Origin: Saccostrea cucullata
Lineage: Eukaryota
Direction: 5' to 3'
Length of the DNA: 64,000 bases
Assembly: GCF_032062105.1 (NCBI RefSeq)
Contig: NW_026925642.1
Location: forward strand, 186,001-250,000
Of the stretch, positions 25,941 to 38,500 are shown piece after piece. A model generated the notes under the pieces. The model made no database searches. It saw nothing but the letters and a program-made list of their open reading frames with translations, and had not been told where the DNA came from. Every line of letters starts with the position of its first letter. Within the stretch, counting starts at the first letter, position 1. The position numbers were made by a program, and so were the translations under genes.

Positions 25941-26536
25941 TCAAAATAAATAAGACAGTCGGAACACCGTCAAGCCGTTCGATCCGAATGTATAGTTTCA
26001 CCGTCAAGCCGTTCCGATTGCATAGATAGTTTCATAGACCTAAAGTGATTTAGGTTTATGGCAGTTTTCAGTAGGCCCAAATTAAGCAGATTGATTTCCC
26101 GTTGGTCGACATATTGGAGGATAGTATGCTCATATTCCTTCATTATTTAATATTTGACCAAACTTTTTTTTTTAATACGCACTGGCAATTGTGTGGTAGG
26201 ACGCATTGTTTTTCTAAAAAATATACATTAGTTATATAGAGGCTCCTTTAATTCATAATTTATATTCAATAAAGATGTTTCTCCAAATATTTCTGCTACA
26301 ACTTCTTAAATTTGGTAAGAAAAAGATACGTGATTGACCACCAAGATGGCGGCCAAGGGAAATACCAGTAGCTCGTAGAGAAAATACGTCATACGAAAAC
26401 GATCTACATGTATTACATGATTATAATAATACAATTTAAAAAACCACAGTAATAATAACACGGTCCGTAAATTCTTAAAGGGACATATTTAATTTAAAAT
26501 ATTAGTTCGGGACTTATAATATATATTTTAATCTTA

Positions 26537-26844
26537 GGCCGCACCAATAAAAATTTTGTTCGTCCGACCCGCGCGCTCGTATTTCGACAAAACTACATAA
26601 ATAATATTAATTTCAGTTTTCCGCACCATGGAAATTTTGTGCTATTTTCTGTTCCATTTCCGCTCTATATTTTCGTATTTTATATCTGTATACTCTGCAA
26701 ATCAGAAAAAATATAATTGTCCGCTTTTTTTTAATGCGCTCCGCCTAAAATTTGCCTTAAAAAGTATCAATTAACCGCTTGCCCGCTCATACTTTTTCTT
26801 TTCAAATGTCCGACGAACAATTAAGGAATTGAAACGGTGTGGCC
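26537..26844. mobile_element. PIF/Harbinger-like MITE
   Basis: TTA|GGCCGCACC...GGTGTGGCC|TTA; subterminal ttgttcgtc/gacgaacaa inverted match. Confidence 0.7.
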
Positions 26845-26890
26845 TTATGAAATATGTGAAAATGAAATTATTAGAGAGGTTAAGCATTTT

Positions 26891-27302
26891 ACCGTGTACG
26901 TCTACTTGTACATGTAAACCTAAAAGTGATTTTACACGTACGCGTAACTATCATCGTGTTTTGTTTAACAATCTGCACGAGTACGGTACGTGTAAAACGT
27001 CATTTCAGCAAGACACTTTTCAATCCATTTGTAATTTTGTATCAAATAAAGCTATGACTTGAAATAAAAAAGATACATTGGATGTACGTAATAATTCTCA
27101 ACTTCATATCAAACACAGGCTGAAATATAAATATTCTGTAGTTTGAGTTTAAGAAGCTATACAAGTTCTCACCTACGTGTACTTGCGAATACGTTGTGTA
27201 CAACTTAGTTGTAGAATATTACGCGGTATGCAAAACTGATTACGTAAATCGCATTGAATTAGGGGATTTCCCTAGCTACACGTACACGTAGACGTACACG
27301 GT
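26891..27302. mobile_element. MITE of unassigned superfamily
   Basis: TIR ACCGTGTACGTCTAC...GTAGACGTACACGGT; no clear TSD. Confidence 0.65.
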
Positions 27303-27482
27303 CATCTGCTATCAGTAGGAGATACAGAGAGTAAGGAGGTAATCCTTGCGTCGGAACTTTCTCTATTTTTTTTGACCCCTGTATTCAAAGATTCGGGGGC
27401 AAGTAGTTTTTTTTATACTATGTCTGTTTGTTTGGCTAAGTTGTCTGCTTTCCGCAAAAACTTTAACCTTACCTTGCCCATA

Positions 27483-28570
27483 TTTTTTGTCCCCCGCTTT
27501 CGCGAAAGCGAGGGGACATTAAATCTCATTCGTCTGTCCGACCGTCAGTCTGTCTAGCTATCCGTCCGTCACAAAACTTTAACCTTGCCCATATCTCTTG
27601 ATTGAGAGGAGCCATGACTTTCGTATTTCACATGTGTATTTCTTGTGACAAGACCTTTCTTTGGGTACCACCAAATTTGACCTTTTGACCTTGATCTTGG
27701 AGTTTGATCCACTTTTACTCTAAAATTCTTAACTTTTACTTTAGCCATAACTTTTGAACGGTAAGGACTAGGGCTTTCATATTTCACATATGTATTCTTT
27801 GTGGCAAGGTCTTTCATTGGATACCAGCAAGTTTTGACCTTGACCATGGAGATTTCCGTACTTATGAAAAAACTTTAACCTTGGCCATAACTTTTGAACG
27901 GTAAGGACTAGGGCTTTCATACTTGACATATTAAATCCTTGTGACAGGACCTTTCATTGGATATCAAGAACCTTGACTTTGACCTTGGAGTTTGACCTAC
28001 TCTTTAAAAACTTTAACCTTGGTCATAACTTCTGAACGGTTAGGGCTAGGGCTTTCATACTTCACATTTGTAATACTTGTGAGAAGACCTTTCTTCATTA
28101 ACCAACACCTTTGACCCTTTGAACCTTTGACCTTGGAGTTTGACGTACATTACAAGAACTCATCCCTTGCAATAACTTTTGAACAGGTGGTTTATGAGAA
28201 GCCCCTACTTTGGGTTATAATATATTTAATTTGCATTTAAGAAAAGTTTTAATCTTCGCTTTCTTGCCTTAAGGGTCATCAGTTTTTCACAAACACGTCT
28301 TCTTCCTTATATTGAGAAGAGATAGGGCTTTCATATTTGACATGTGCATTGCTTGTGACAAGATTTCCGAGGGTGCTATGATTTCTGACCCCTTGACCTT
28401 CACGATTGACCTTATTTTTAAAAAAAATCAACTTCAGTGATAATTTTTAAATGACATTTGATAGGGCGTTCATATTTGACACAAAATTAATATGTCATAG
28501 AAAATGACATCTCATCCACAATTTAAAGACACCAAAGCGGGGGACCACAATTCTTTGAATTTGCTTGTTT
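27483..28570 (+). mobile_element. Helentron-associated element (HINE) with internal tandem array
   Basis: T-tract, GTCCCCCGC subTIR plus hairpin cgctttcgcgaaagcg, GTCC/GTCT microsatellite, degenerate monomers of about 140 bp (aactttaaccttggccataacttttgaacgg), 3' gcgggggac plus stem-loop. Confidence 0.75.
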
Positions 28571-29555
28571 TATTGCATGATTATGGACAAGGCGAGTATT
28601 TCTTTTGGTACCAACATGACTTTTTAAACTTGACCTTATCGTTTGACCATCTTTTGAATGAAATTACCCAACTTTAACCTTAGCCTTGTAATTTAAACAG
28701 TTGGTACTACAAAAATTGAAAATGTAGAGCTTTCATACTTCACATGTGTATATTCATTGTGGCAATGACTACTAGTATTCAATGAATAAAATATTTTGAC
28801 TTTGGCTCGAACCTTTGAGTTTGACCTACATTTGTAAAGCTTACCTTAGACATAACTTTCAAATAGTTAGTACTGGTGTCTTAATATTTCATAGGAGTAT
28901 TTTTTGGTCACAAGTTTTGATCCCTTAAAGCTTGGGTTTTAAAATTCATATTTTTAACAGGTATATTCATTGAGACGTACAATTCCTTACTTGGGGTTAC
29001 AGTCTTTTTCATCTTTTGACCCTTCATTTTTGACTTGCATTCGAGAAACATCCTTCGCCAAAACTGATATAGAAAGAAACCTAGTAATTTATTCTTGATT
29101 GAAGCTCGAAGTGACAGTCTACATCAGAATTTTTATGAATTATCATGTTTTTATTACTAATATTTTTTTTGTTTCAGAGTTCAATATTTTAAGAAACGTG
29201 TAATAAGTGATAGCTAGACAGGCAAAATTTGGTTTCTCGTTTGATATTTTCTTTAGTATTTATTTAGAGTATTTACAAAGTTATCAACACTGTCTACGAC
29301 TTTTCTGACAACACTAGCTCCTATAACAATTAAAGAATATAATATTTAGCACAATTACCATTACCTTGATCATGCATGTTGATGTATTGGTCAGAAACTA
29401 GAATTTGTACAAAGGTAGCTGTATATATATGTGATTTTAACAGGCGATGCATGTGTAATGGCCATGCATCAAAGGATAAAAATTAAAGTAACTGCATGAC
29501 CATGATGACAAACTGGAATTTCAAATACTTATTTTCGCTGATAAATCTGCAATCA

Positions 29556-30626
29556 TTTTTGTGCCCCCGTAAACGAAGTTTTGGGGTATATAGTTTTTAT
29601 CGTGTCCGTCCATCTGTCTGTCCGTCCGTCTGTATGTCCGCAAAAAACTTTAACCTTGCCCATAATTTTTGATTTAGTGGAGCTATGACTTTCCTATTTT
29701 TCACATGTATTCCTTGTGACAAGACCTTTCTTTGGGTACCACCAAATTTGACCTTGACCTTTGACCCACATTTACACAAAAATTCCAAACTTTTACTTTA
29801 TCCATATCTTTTGAACATTGGTTACCAGGACTTTTATACTTTACATAAGTATTCTTTGTGGAAAGACCTTTCATTGGACGCCAACGATCTTTTGAATTTG
29901 ACCTGGGAGATTTCCATACTAATTAAAAAACTTTAACCTTAGCCATAACTTTTGAACAGTAAGGGCTACTGCTTTCATACTTCACATATGTAATCTTTGT
30001 GAAAAGACCCTTCATTGGATACCAAAAACTTTGACCCTTTGACTTTGACGTTTGACGTACTTTTAAAAAGCAAAACTTGACTATAACTTTTAAAGGGTTA
30101 GGGCTAGTGCTTTCATAATTTACAAATTTAATTCTCGTGACAAGACTTTTCATTTGGTATCAAGAACTTTGACCTTTTGTCCTTGACCTTGGAGATTTCC
30201 GTACTTATGAAAAAATTTTACCTTGGAGAATTCTGTACTTATGAAAAAACTCTAACCTTGGCCATAACTTTTAAACAATAAGGAAGAGTGTTCTCATACT
30301 TCAAATATGTAATCCTTGTGAGAAGACCCTTTACTGGATACCAAGAACTTTGACTCTTGGACTTTGACTCATACTTTTTGTATTCAATCCTTGTGACAAG
30401 ATCTTTCACTTGACCCTTTGACTTTGACATAACTTTTGAAGGGTTTAGGCTTCCATACTTCACACATATATTCTTTGTGGCAAGATCTTTCATATTTCAC
30501 AACTGTATTTCCAGTGAGAATACCCTACTTTGGGTACCAATATATTCAATTTGCATTTAAGAAAAGTTTAATCTTCACTGTGTAATGTCATACGGGGGCA
30601 TTAGTGTTTCACAAACACATCTTATT
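29556..30626 (+). mobile_element. HINE with tandem array, related to 27483-28570
   Basis: tttttgtgcccccgta..., (GTCY)n, same monomers, 3' tacgggggca plus gtgtttcacaaacac hairpin. Confidence 0.75.
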
Positions 30627-30658
30627 TATCTGTATTTTAATTCTCATTGATCAGCTCT

Positions 30659-32548
30659 TTAATTTTTGCAAACATTCATAAGCTTTCTTAAGAAATCCAA
30701 GACAAATGTTGGATTATGAAGAGTTCCGAAATCAGCCAAACTTAGAACATGGTTAGAATCTGTCGCAATATCAAGCGAATCCTGTCTGTTGAAATTTTTC
30801 GAAATACCTATAACAAAAATTTCAACACTCTGATTTTTAAGTTTTTCAGCCTCCAGAGTGGCGTGAATAGAATTCATAGGACGCCCATCGGTTAAGAGGA
30901 CTAGCACGTTCGGATGCCCGGGTCGATCACCATTAGTGACGTTAAACAGATTTTCCCTTACGAATTGAAGGCCGCTTGCTGTCATGGTAAGGCCTGGATG
31001 GTTATACGATATATTCTGAACAGCTTTTAACAAGGAGAGTTGATGAGGGTAGGTATTGAGAGTGAACTCCAACTGCGGTAAGGTCGCGTATGTCACCACG
31101 CCGACCTGATCGGAGTGTGGACCGATGTTCAGGAATTGAATGGTCTTAAAGATGTAGTCCTTCAACATTTCAAAATTGTCACTCCCAACACTTCCGGACT
31201 GGTCCACAAGAAACACCAAGTCCAAACCACAATCTGTCATTAGAAAAGGAAGGAAAACAAAAACGGAATAAAATAGATAGTTTGTAAATTTTGAATTTAC
31301 TGGGTAGCAGTAAATTAATTTAACTTTTACAACATCACTGATTTTTGTATTTACTGCACCCCGGTAAACATGACATTTCTAAGGCAACATAGAACTGTCC
31401 ACGCAGGAGATTTACCAGAAAGATTCTTTAAAACTGAAGCATAAGATCAAGAAAAAACTTGTATGCATATTTTCGACAGTCAATCTTTGATCAATAATGT
31501 TGAACTGACAATTTTTCAGATAAGTTTAAACTTTAGCATTTCCGCAAGAAAAGTGCAGACATACCTGCAGTATTAAGACAAGGTGTGGAACCATTTGAAA
31601 ACGTCTGCAAATTGGCAATATTTGTAGACATTGCTTTAAAACAAAATATGCGGCAATAATTATACATGTATACGACATTAAACAAAAGCATTATTCAGTA
31701 TCTACAGTGTATATGAATGTGAAAAATTCTTGTAAAGGTTATTTTTTACCCAAGGCCATTTGTTGACACTGGTCTAAATCACTGTTCCGAATGTTTAGCT
31801 CCTTTCTTGTGTTATTCAACTGTGTCTCTAGAAGCTTATTTCTCTGGCGAGAGACGTGGAGTGCTGCTTCTCTCTGCTCATTGCTTTTGGTGCACGTGGT
31901 CAAATTGGCCTCAAGATTTCCAATCAGCGAAGTCGATCTGTTCAGCTGATCTTGTAGAAGATTTATTTTGTCAATAGAGGTAATGTTTTGGTGATCACAA
32001 TCCTTCTGGATGCGTGAAATATTAGCTTGTAGTCCTGCCATTAGTGCCGCGTGGGTTTGGTTTGCAACTGAGTCGTTCAGTTGTTTCTTTAATAAGTCTA
32101 TTTCAGCATTGGATGTATTTAGAGTTTCTTCAAGTTGATTTCTTTGTAGGGCACAACTGGTTAAATTGTTTGTCAGTTGTATCACAAGAGAACTCGACTC
32201 GTTCACCTTAGTTTGCAATTCATGAATCTTATCATTCAAGACACCTTTCTCTTTACTGTTCGTGGTTTCTAGCGTTGTTATATTAGTCTTCAAGGCCTGT
32301 ACCAGGTCTTTTTGGTGCCGCAGCTCCGAGGAGAGCAGCGAGTTGTGTACCGAGAGTTCTATGTTCTTGTCGCTGAGTTCGTGGAGCTGTTCGTGTAGGT
32401 ACTTCACCTCGGTCATCAGGAACACGGGGTCGGGCGTGGTCGGCACTGTTGTCGGATCAAAGAGGAACCTCTTGATATTGTGTTGACTGCAAATAACTCC
32501 ATATTGAGTTAAAACAATTAGAAGAAAAACTCCAGGAATGAAATCCAT
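30659..32548 (-). CDS. Secreted coiled-coil + single von Willebrand A domain protein, 3 exons, 480 aa
   Basis: Exons 32548-31750, 31633-31565, 31233-30659. Signal peptide MDFIPGVFLLIVLTQYGVICS, heptad-rich region, vWA DLVFLVDQSGS..LTMT..VLLTDG with intact MIDAS; collagen VI/XII/matrilin-like. Confidence 0.85.
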
Positions 32549-33635
32549 TGACGATGATGAACACAGATTATATCATATCTGTCAGAAGTCAAGGCTCGGC
32601 GACACACCAAACAGATAAGACGTTCTGCAGAATTAACGGAATCTCATTTGATGCAGTTCTATTTAAAAAAGTAACATTCTGATAATTTATTACTAATAAT
32701 TTTTATATTTTACACATTGGGCGACAGAGGATTGACAATAAAAGCCCTTTACCTATATCAAGGACTGTTTATATGTTTATAGTAAACATAACGCTTTTTT
32801 TCAAGCACATAGCACCAATTTTGAAAATGATAACCAATAATGAATGAGTAAATAAGAGGGGGAGAAGGACTCTTCCGTTTAATTATAAAAATTTTTCTGT
32901 AAAAAGAATTTCCCTCAAAACAGAGGAGTTTGATCACCTGCCTCCCCATCCTCCTTTTTAATTTAACTAAACATATTAACATGCTTAGATATAGGCTATA
33001 TAGCAATGATATACAGTGTACTATACACGATTCAAAAAAAAAAATTACATGGCGACTGCAGTTTTACAGGTCATCATGGCTTAGGAAAAATACGCAGAAT
33101 GATTTAAGAACTTTTCACACGCACATGAATATCTTCAATAATTTTTAATGTTAACAATAAGTTCGCCAGAATTAAAATTTTCACTTTCAGCGAGTAACTT
33201 ACGAATAAATGAATAAATATTTTTACCGTGAAAGAAATTACTAGTATACAAGTACTGGCTGACAATTTGTTATCGGTATCATTATATGACTTTTATCTAA
33301 AATCAACAGTTGCTTCATCGCTCTATGTACCAGTACAGGTGTACTTTGTATGGATCGCCGTATTGACACCTGTTGCAACGAAACAAGGAAAATACCAATA
33401 TATTAATGATTTTATAAAAAGAACCGATTAGTTCTAAGGAAATAATTACTGTATAACATGATATCAATGAACCTAGATTAACTTAATGTTAAAAAGATGT
33501 GTGCAGTTAATTAAGAAAATGGTTAAATGATATAGAAAAAAATACTGGAGTAACTGGAACAGGCTAACTGTAAGTGTTAACAATTGATGTTGATAACATT
33601 TGGCGCTCCGTAGATAAATTGTTACAAAATGAAGA

Positions 33636-35150
33636 ATGGCCATTGACAAAGTGACATCGTATTTTAAATCATTTGACGTGAACTTTCCTGTATTTTGTTT
33701 GACAATTCTGTTTGGACTAGGGTCGTGGCTCACCATAAATGGAGTCTGGGTAGAGCTGCCGACCATTGTGAACTTCGTCCCCGAGCAATGGAAACTGTCA
33801 TCATACCTGTCAATTATAGGTCAGATAGCCAACATCGGTCCTATAGCAGTCCTCATCCTTAACAAAGCAAGACCCAAATGGCTAAACGAGACCTTTGTCA
33901 CCTACGTCATCATCATTGTGGGAACTGCGTCATGTATCTTGGCGGCTTTTCTGTGGCAGAAAACATCAACAGTCGGAGGACAGGAACACAGTGTAGCTTT
34001 GTTTGTCTTCGTTTTTCTTCTTGGTCTGTGTGACTGCACATCGACAGTTATATTTCTACCATTCATGGCCTTGTTGAAGCCAGACTACATGACCGGGTTA
34101 TACATTGGGGAAGGTTTGAGTGCGCTCGTTCCAGCAATGATAGCACTCGGTCAGGGCGTTGGAAAGACCGAGTGTAGGAATGTATCAGCTGTCAATATGA
34201 CTACAAATATCACAATTTTTCATACAGAACAAGTATCCTCTTCTCCCAATTTTCCGGTACGAGATTTTTTTTGGGCGTTAGCAACCATGATGGCAATCAG
34301 TGGCATATCATTTTCTTTACTCCGATATGCCCCTTTCTGCAAGAGCGAGCGAATAAGTGTTACAGACAATTCGGCAAAATCAATCTCGACGTCTTGCCAA
34401 CTGCAGGAAAAGAAAGATACGGCAAACGGTCATGCAGACACTACCGTGCTTATTCAGACACATGATAAAAGAATGTCGAAGACAACCAAGGCTGTATGGT
34501 TGACCATTATAGCCTGGGTCAGTTTCCTAGCAAACGGATTTCTACCTTCCATAAGTACGTACTCCTCTCTACCTTACGGGACCGACGCTTACCATCTGGC
34601 AGCCATACTAGAAAATATTGCTAATCCTTTGGCGTCTGCTTTGGCTTTCTTTTTTCCCGCCAAATCCTTTCGCGTACTTTTTCCTACTGTTTTAGCTGGT
34701 ACAGGTTTCTCTGTCTATCTCTTAGTTTTGGCGGGAACGAGTCCCAGTCCACCACTTGTGGGTTCACTTGCTGGGTCATTCATTATGGTAAGTAGCAACA
34801 TATTTATATATAGTGTGCAGTTGTGTAATGGTGATATATAAACACCAATCCTAACAATTTATGCAATATGTAAATGCTACTAAATTCATAAAATTTTCTT
34901 GCCAACATGTGGTACTAACAGGTAAATGTATGACATTCGTTCAACTGTTTTACAGGTGGTGATTTATATAGGGAAGACTTGCCTGTTTATTTATACCAAG
35001 GTGTGTGTTGCCGTTCTGTTCCGAATGGATGGAAAACAATCGTTGTTTTTATTGGGAGGCGTCACACAGCTGGGGGCGTGTCTAGGCTCTGTGTTAGCCT
35101 ACATTCTAGTCAATGTGATAGTGGTCTTTCAAGGTTCTCCAGCATGTTAA
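33636..35150 (+). CDS. SLC52A: Riboflavin transporter (SLC52 family), 2 coding exons, 448 aa
   Basis: Exons 33636-34787 and 34956-35150. Motifs FGLGSWLTINGVWVELP..PEQWKLSSYL..ANIGP, DCTSTVIFLPFM, GEGLSALVP, LPSISTYSSLPYG, GGVTQLGA. Confidence 0.93.
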
Positions 35151-35529
35151 TGAACATTATTATGCTGGCATCTACATGAACAAGTATATACACGTATTGG
35201 ATAACCAATTTCAACTTTATCATGGGCAATATTTACATGCTACCAAGTTTAAGATATGGAAATAAGAGAATTAAGTAAAATGTTATTTTAATGTTTTTAA
35301 TTTCATGTACTACCTACATTAAGACATGCAATTAAAACACTGTCATTCACTCTATAAAATAAATATATTCTTGAAAATAATGAAAACGTCACATTCTTAT
35401 CTAGTAAATATCTACATTATGAATGAACATTGTATACACTGAAAGACTATGTAGCATCTATCACAATAAAGAAGGGACAATCCTGTTTTTACACCTGCCA
35501 TGTTTTTGTCACAAATTCTACCTCCACTG

Positions 35530-38500
35530 CTATGAAGTTTCCTTTAAACATTTCTCAGGATGAGGATATGGTACACCGAACTGAATGCACACTTTTCTGA
35601 GTGTCCTTTCGTACTCCTTGTTAAGTTTTGTTGCCTGCTTCAGGCCAAACTTAAGGTCCTCTATTTCTTCAAAGAATCCCTGAATAAATGAAAAGCACCA
35701 AACCTTATTTCAGTATCAATCAAGTATACATTAGGATAAAGATTTACAAGCTTACAAATACTTACAAAATCTAATCCCTTCAATTCCGTCCTGAGTTTCT
35801 CATTTTCTTTTTTCATTCTTTCACATTCCTTGGCTACTTTTTCATATTTTGTTTTTATTCCTAACAATAAAGATCATTATTTATCAGTTTATGTTTTAAA
35901 AATTAAAATGAAGGCTAACAAGATCCTAAATAGAGAATGGTTAATCAATTCACAAAGTGAACTGAGACTAAGTTTGGTAAATGCAATGTTTTCATGTACA
36001 GGTATGTACCTGTATCATCATTTACAGAATACATGTATTGTCCAAGGATAGTAAACTTTAACTTAGTGTGGATTTGACCTTTCAAACCAGTACTGGTAGG
36101 CTTCATGTATTCTTAAAAGGGAACTTTTACTCCAAAACGAACACAAATTAAAGTTATGGCATGCTAGTTCAATAATCACCAAGAGAGTATGCATTGGAAT
36201 AGACAGGTTAGTAGATCACACAATGTAAAAAACACGGAAAATGGTGAAATAAGAAAGAAAATGAAGGTCATTATTCACAGTGTAATGGATTACACAGGTG
36301 TTATATTAGACAGTTGTCACTGTCTGGTAAAAATCTGCTAAAAACAAAGAAATTACGAATGCCTTACCTGATTTCAACTCTTCCATTGGTGCTGGCAGTT
36401 CTGTAGACTTTTTCTTTGGGTGTTGATTCATTAACTGTCGTTCTAAGGACATTCTTGTGTTTTTCTCTTCTTTTAACAGTCGCTCCAGTTCTGATATTCT
36501 AATCTAAAACAAAATACTGAGACTTTTGAGGAGATAGCTGATGATCTGAGTCGTAAATACTGAGACTTTTGAGGAGATAGCTGATGATCTGAGTCGTAAA
36601 TACTGAGACTTTTGAGGATATAGCTGATGATCTGAGTCGTAAATACTGAGACTTTTGAGGAGATAGCTGATGATCTGAGTCGTAAACAAAATACTGAGAC
36701 TTTTGAGGAGATAGCTGATGATCTGAGTCGTGAACAAAATACTGAGACTTCTGAGGAGATAGCTGATGATCTGAGTCTTAAATACTGAGACTTTTGAGGA
36801 GATAGCTGATGATCTGAGTCTTAAATACTGAGACTTTTGAGGAGATAGCTGATGATCTGAGTCTTAAATACTGAGACTTTTGAGGAGATAGCTGATGATC
36901 TGAGTCCTAAATACTGAGACTTTTGAGGAGATAGCTGATGATCTGAGTCCTAAATACTGAGACTTTTGAGGAGATAGCTGACGATCTGAGTCGTAAATAC
37001 TGAGACTTTTGAGGAGATAGCTGATGATCTGAGTCCTAAATACTGAGACTTTTGAGGAGATAGCTGATGATCTGAGTCCTAAATACTGAGACTTTTGAGG
37101 AGATAGCTGATGATCTGAGTCGTAAACAAAATACTGAGACTTTTGAGGAGATAGCTTATGATCTGAGCCGTAAATTAAAATGTTTAATCATACAGCAACT
37201 TCACAACAAAACAAGAAATAATGTACTATACTCTCCTCTTATATTGAAAGCTGATGTGAAGTATGAAATATAGTATAGATTATGACCATGTTTTATATAA
37301 ACATCCACAATTTATGTACCAAATAGGGACATTTTACTTCATATACCATTGAGAGAAAAATTTGTAGGCCAAAATTTATAATTTTGTTTACATTTTAAAA
37401 ATAAAATATCAAAGTTAAACTGCACATTACTCATTTAAAATGAACTACTCAGATGAAATTCCACTTCAGACCTTGTTGTAAAATGTGTTCTAAACATTTT
37501 TATTAAAAAAAAAAATCACAAAGCAATCTAAAATGACATTCAAATGAAAGTCACATGCAGGAAGCAACCCTCACTCTTTAAAATCAGCACAAAAAATCAA
37601 CAAGATGCCTGTATTCATCCTAGACACTTGATATTACTTATTTCATAAAAAATTGACCCAAATAGGTATGGGTTATTATTTTTATCTAAGAAAAATAAGT
37701 AATGTTAAGTGCCTGTGGTGTTCACATTTGAGAAGTTATGTTTCACATCAGCAGAATGACATAATTACTCTCCATTATTAATCATTCATTTTCTAAATAG
37801 TTAAGGAATGGCTTTCCAAATTTAAACCGATCATACAATCACATCTGTGATGGTTTCTTAACCCCGATCTTACATTTAAATCTGTGATGGTTTCTACATG
37901 TAGCATATTCATCTTCACCTCTTTTTCATATCTTCTCATCATTTGATTATGTAGTGATAGGAGCCTTAAAATTACAAAGAAATGCAAAAATAAAAATAAA
38001 TTTATACGATATTACAGAGTTGTGGAAAAGTGCCGGTCATGCCGGCAAAACCGACAAAAAATTCGCATGACCGGTAAAAATGCTATCAGTGTCGGTCCAC
38101 ATGACCGGCCCCCTCTTTCTGTTAAAGCTTTTTGTTTTTCTATTTCTCATGTGCATTTCCCTTCTTAATATTGTCGTACCTTATATGCGATTAAGTAATA
38201 CCTTTTCTTTTAACGAGATCCAGGCTGTAAATGAAAGCGAAACTGGCATGGTTCTCGTGACCTATTAAATTTAAATGCAACTGGGGCAGAATTAGGTAGA
38301 AAACGTATCAAAGAAAAAAATAAAGTTTAGAGGAGCTAAATATGAAAAATTTCAACAGAAAGAATGCAAGCACAGGTGGGGAAAGCAGTAAATCTAGTAC
38401 TTGCACTGTGTGTTTTTTTACTGATCGTTTATTGCTTGTATCGATGCAAAGAATTTTTGCAATTTCTAGACCCATTTTCTAGGTTAATATTATAATTCCA

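Noticed and set aside
36512-37171. CRISPR array or C/D snoRNA cluster (TGATGA and CTGA in each unit)
   Set aside because: No unique spacers or cas genes in a eukaryotic context; the box-like motifs are antisense to the host gene and adjacent to each other.
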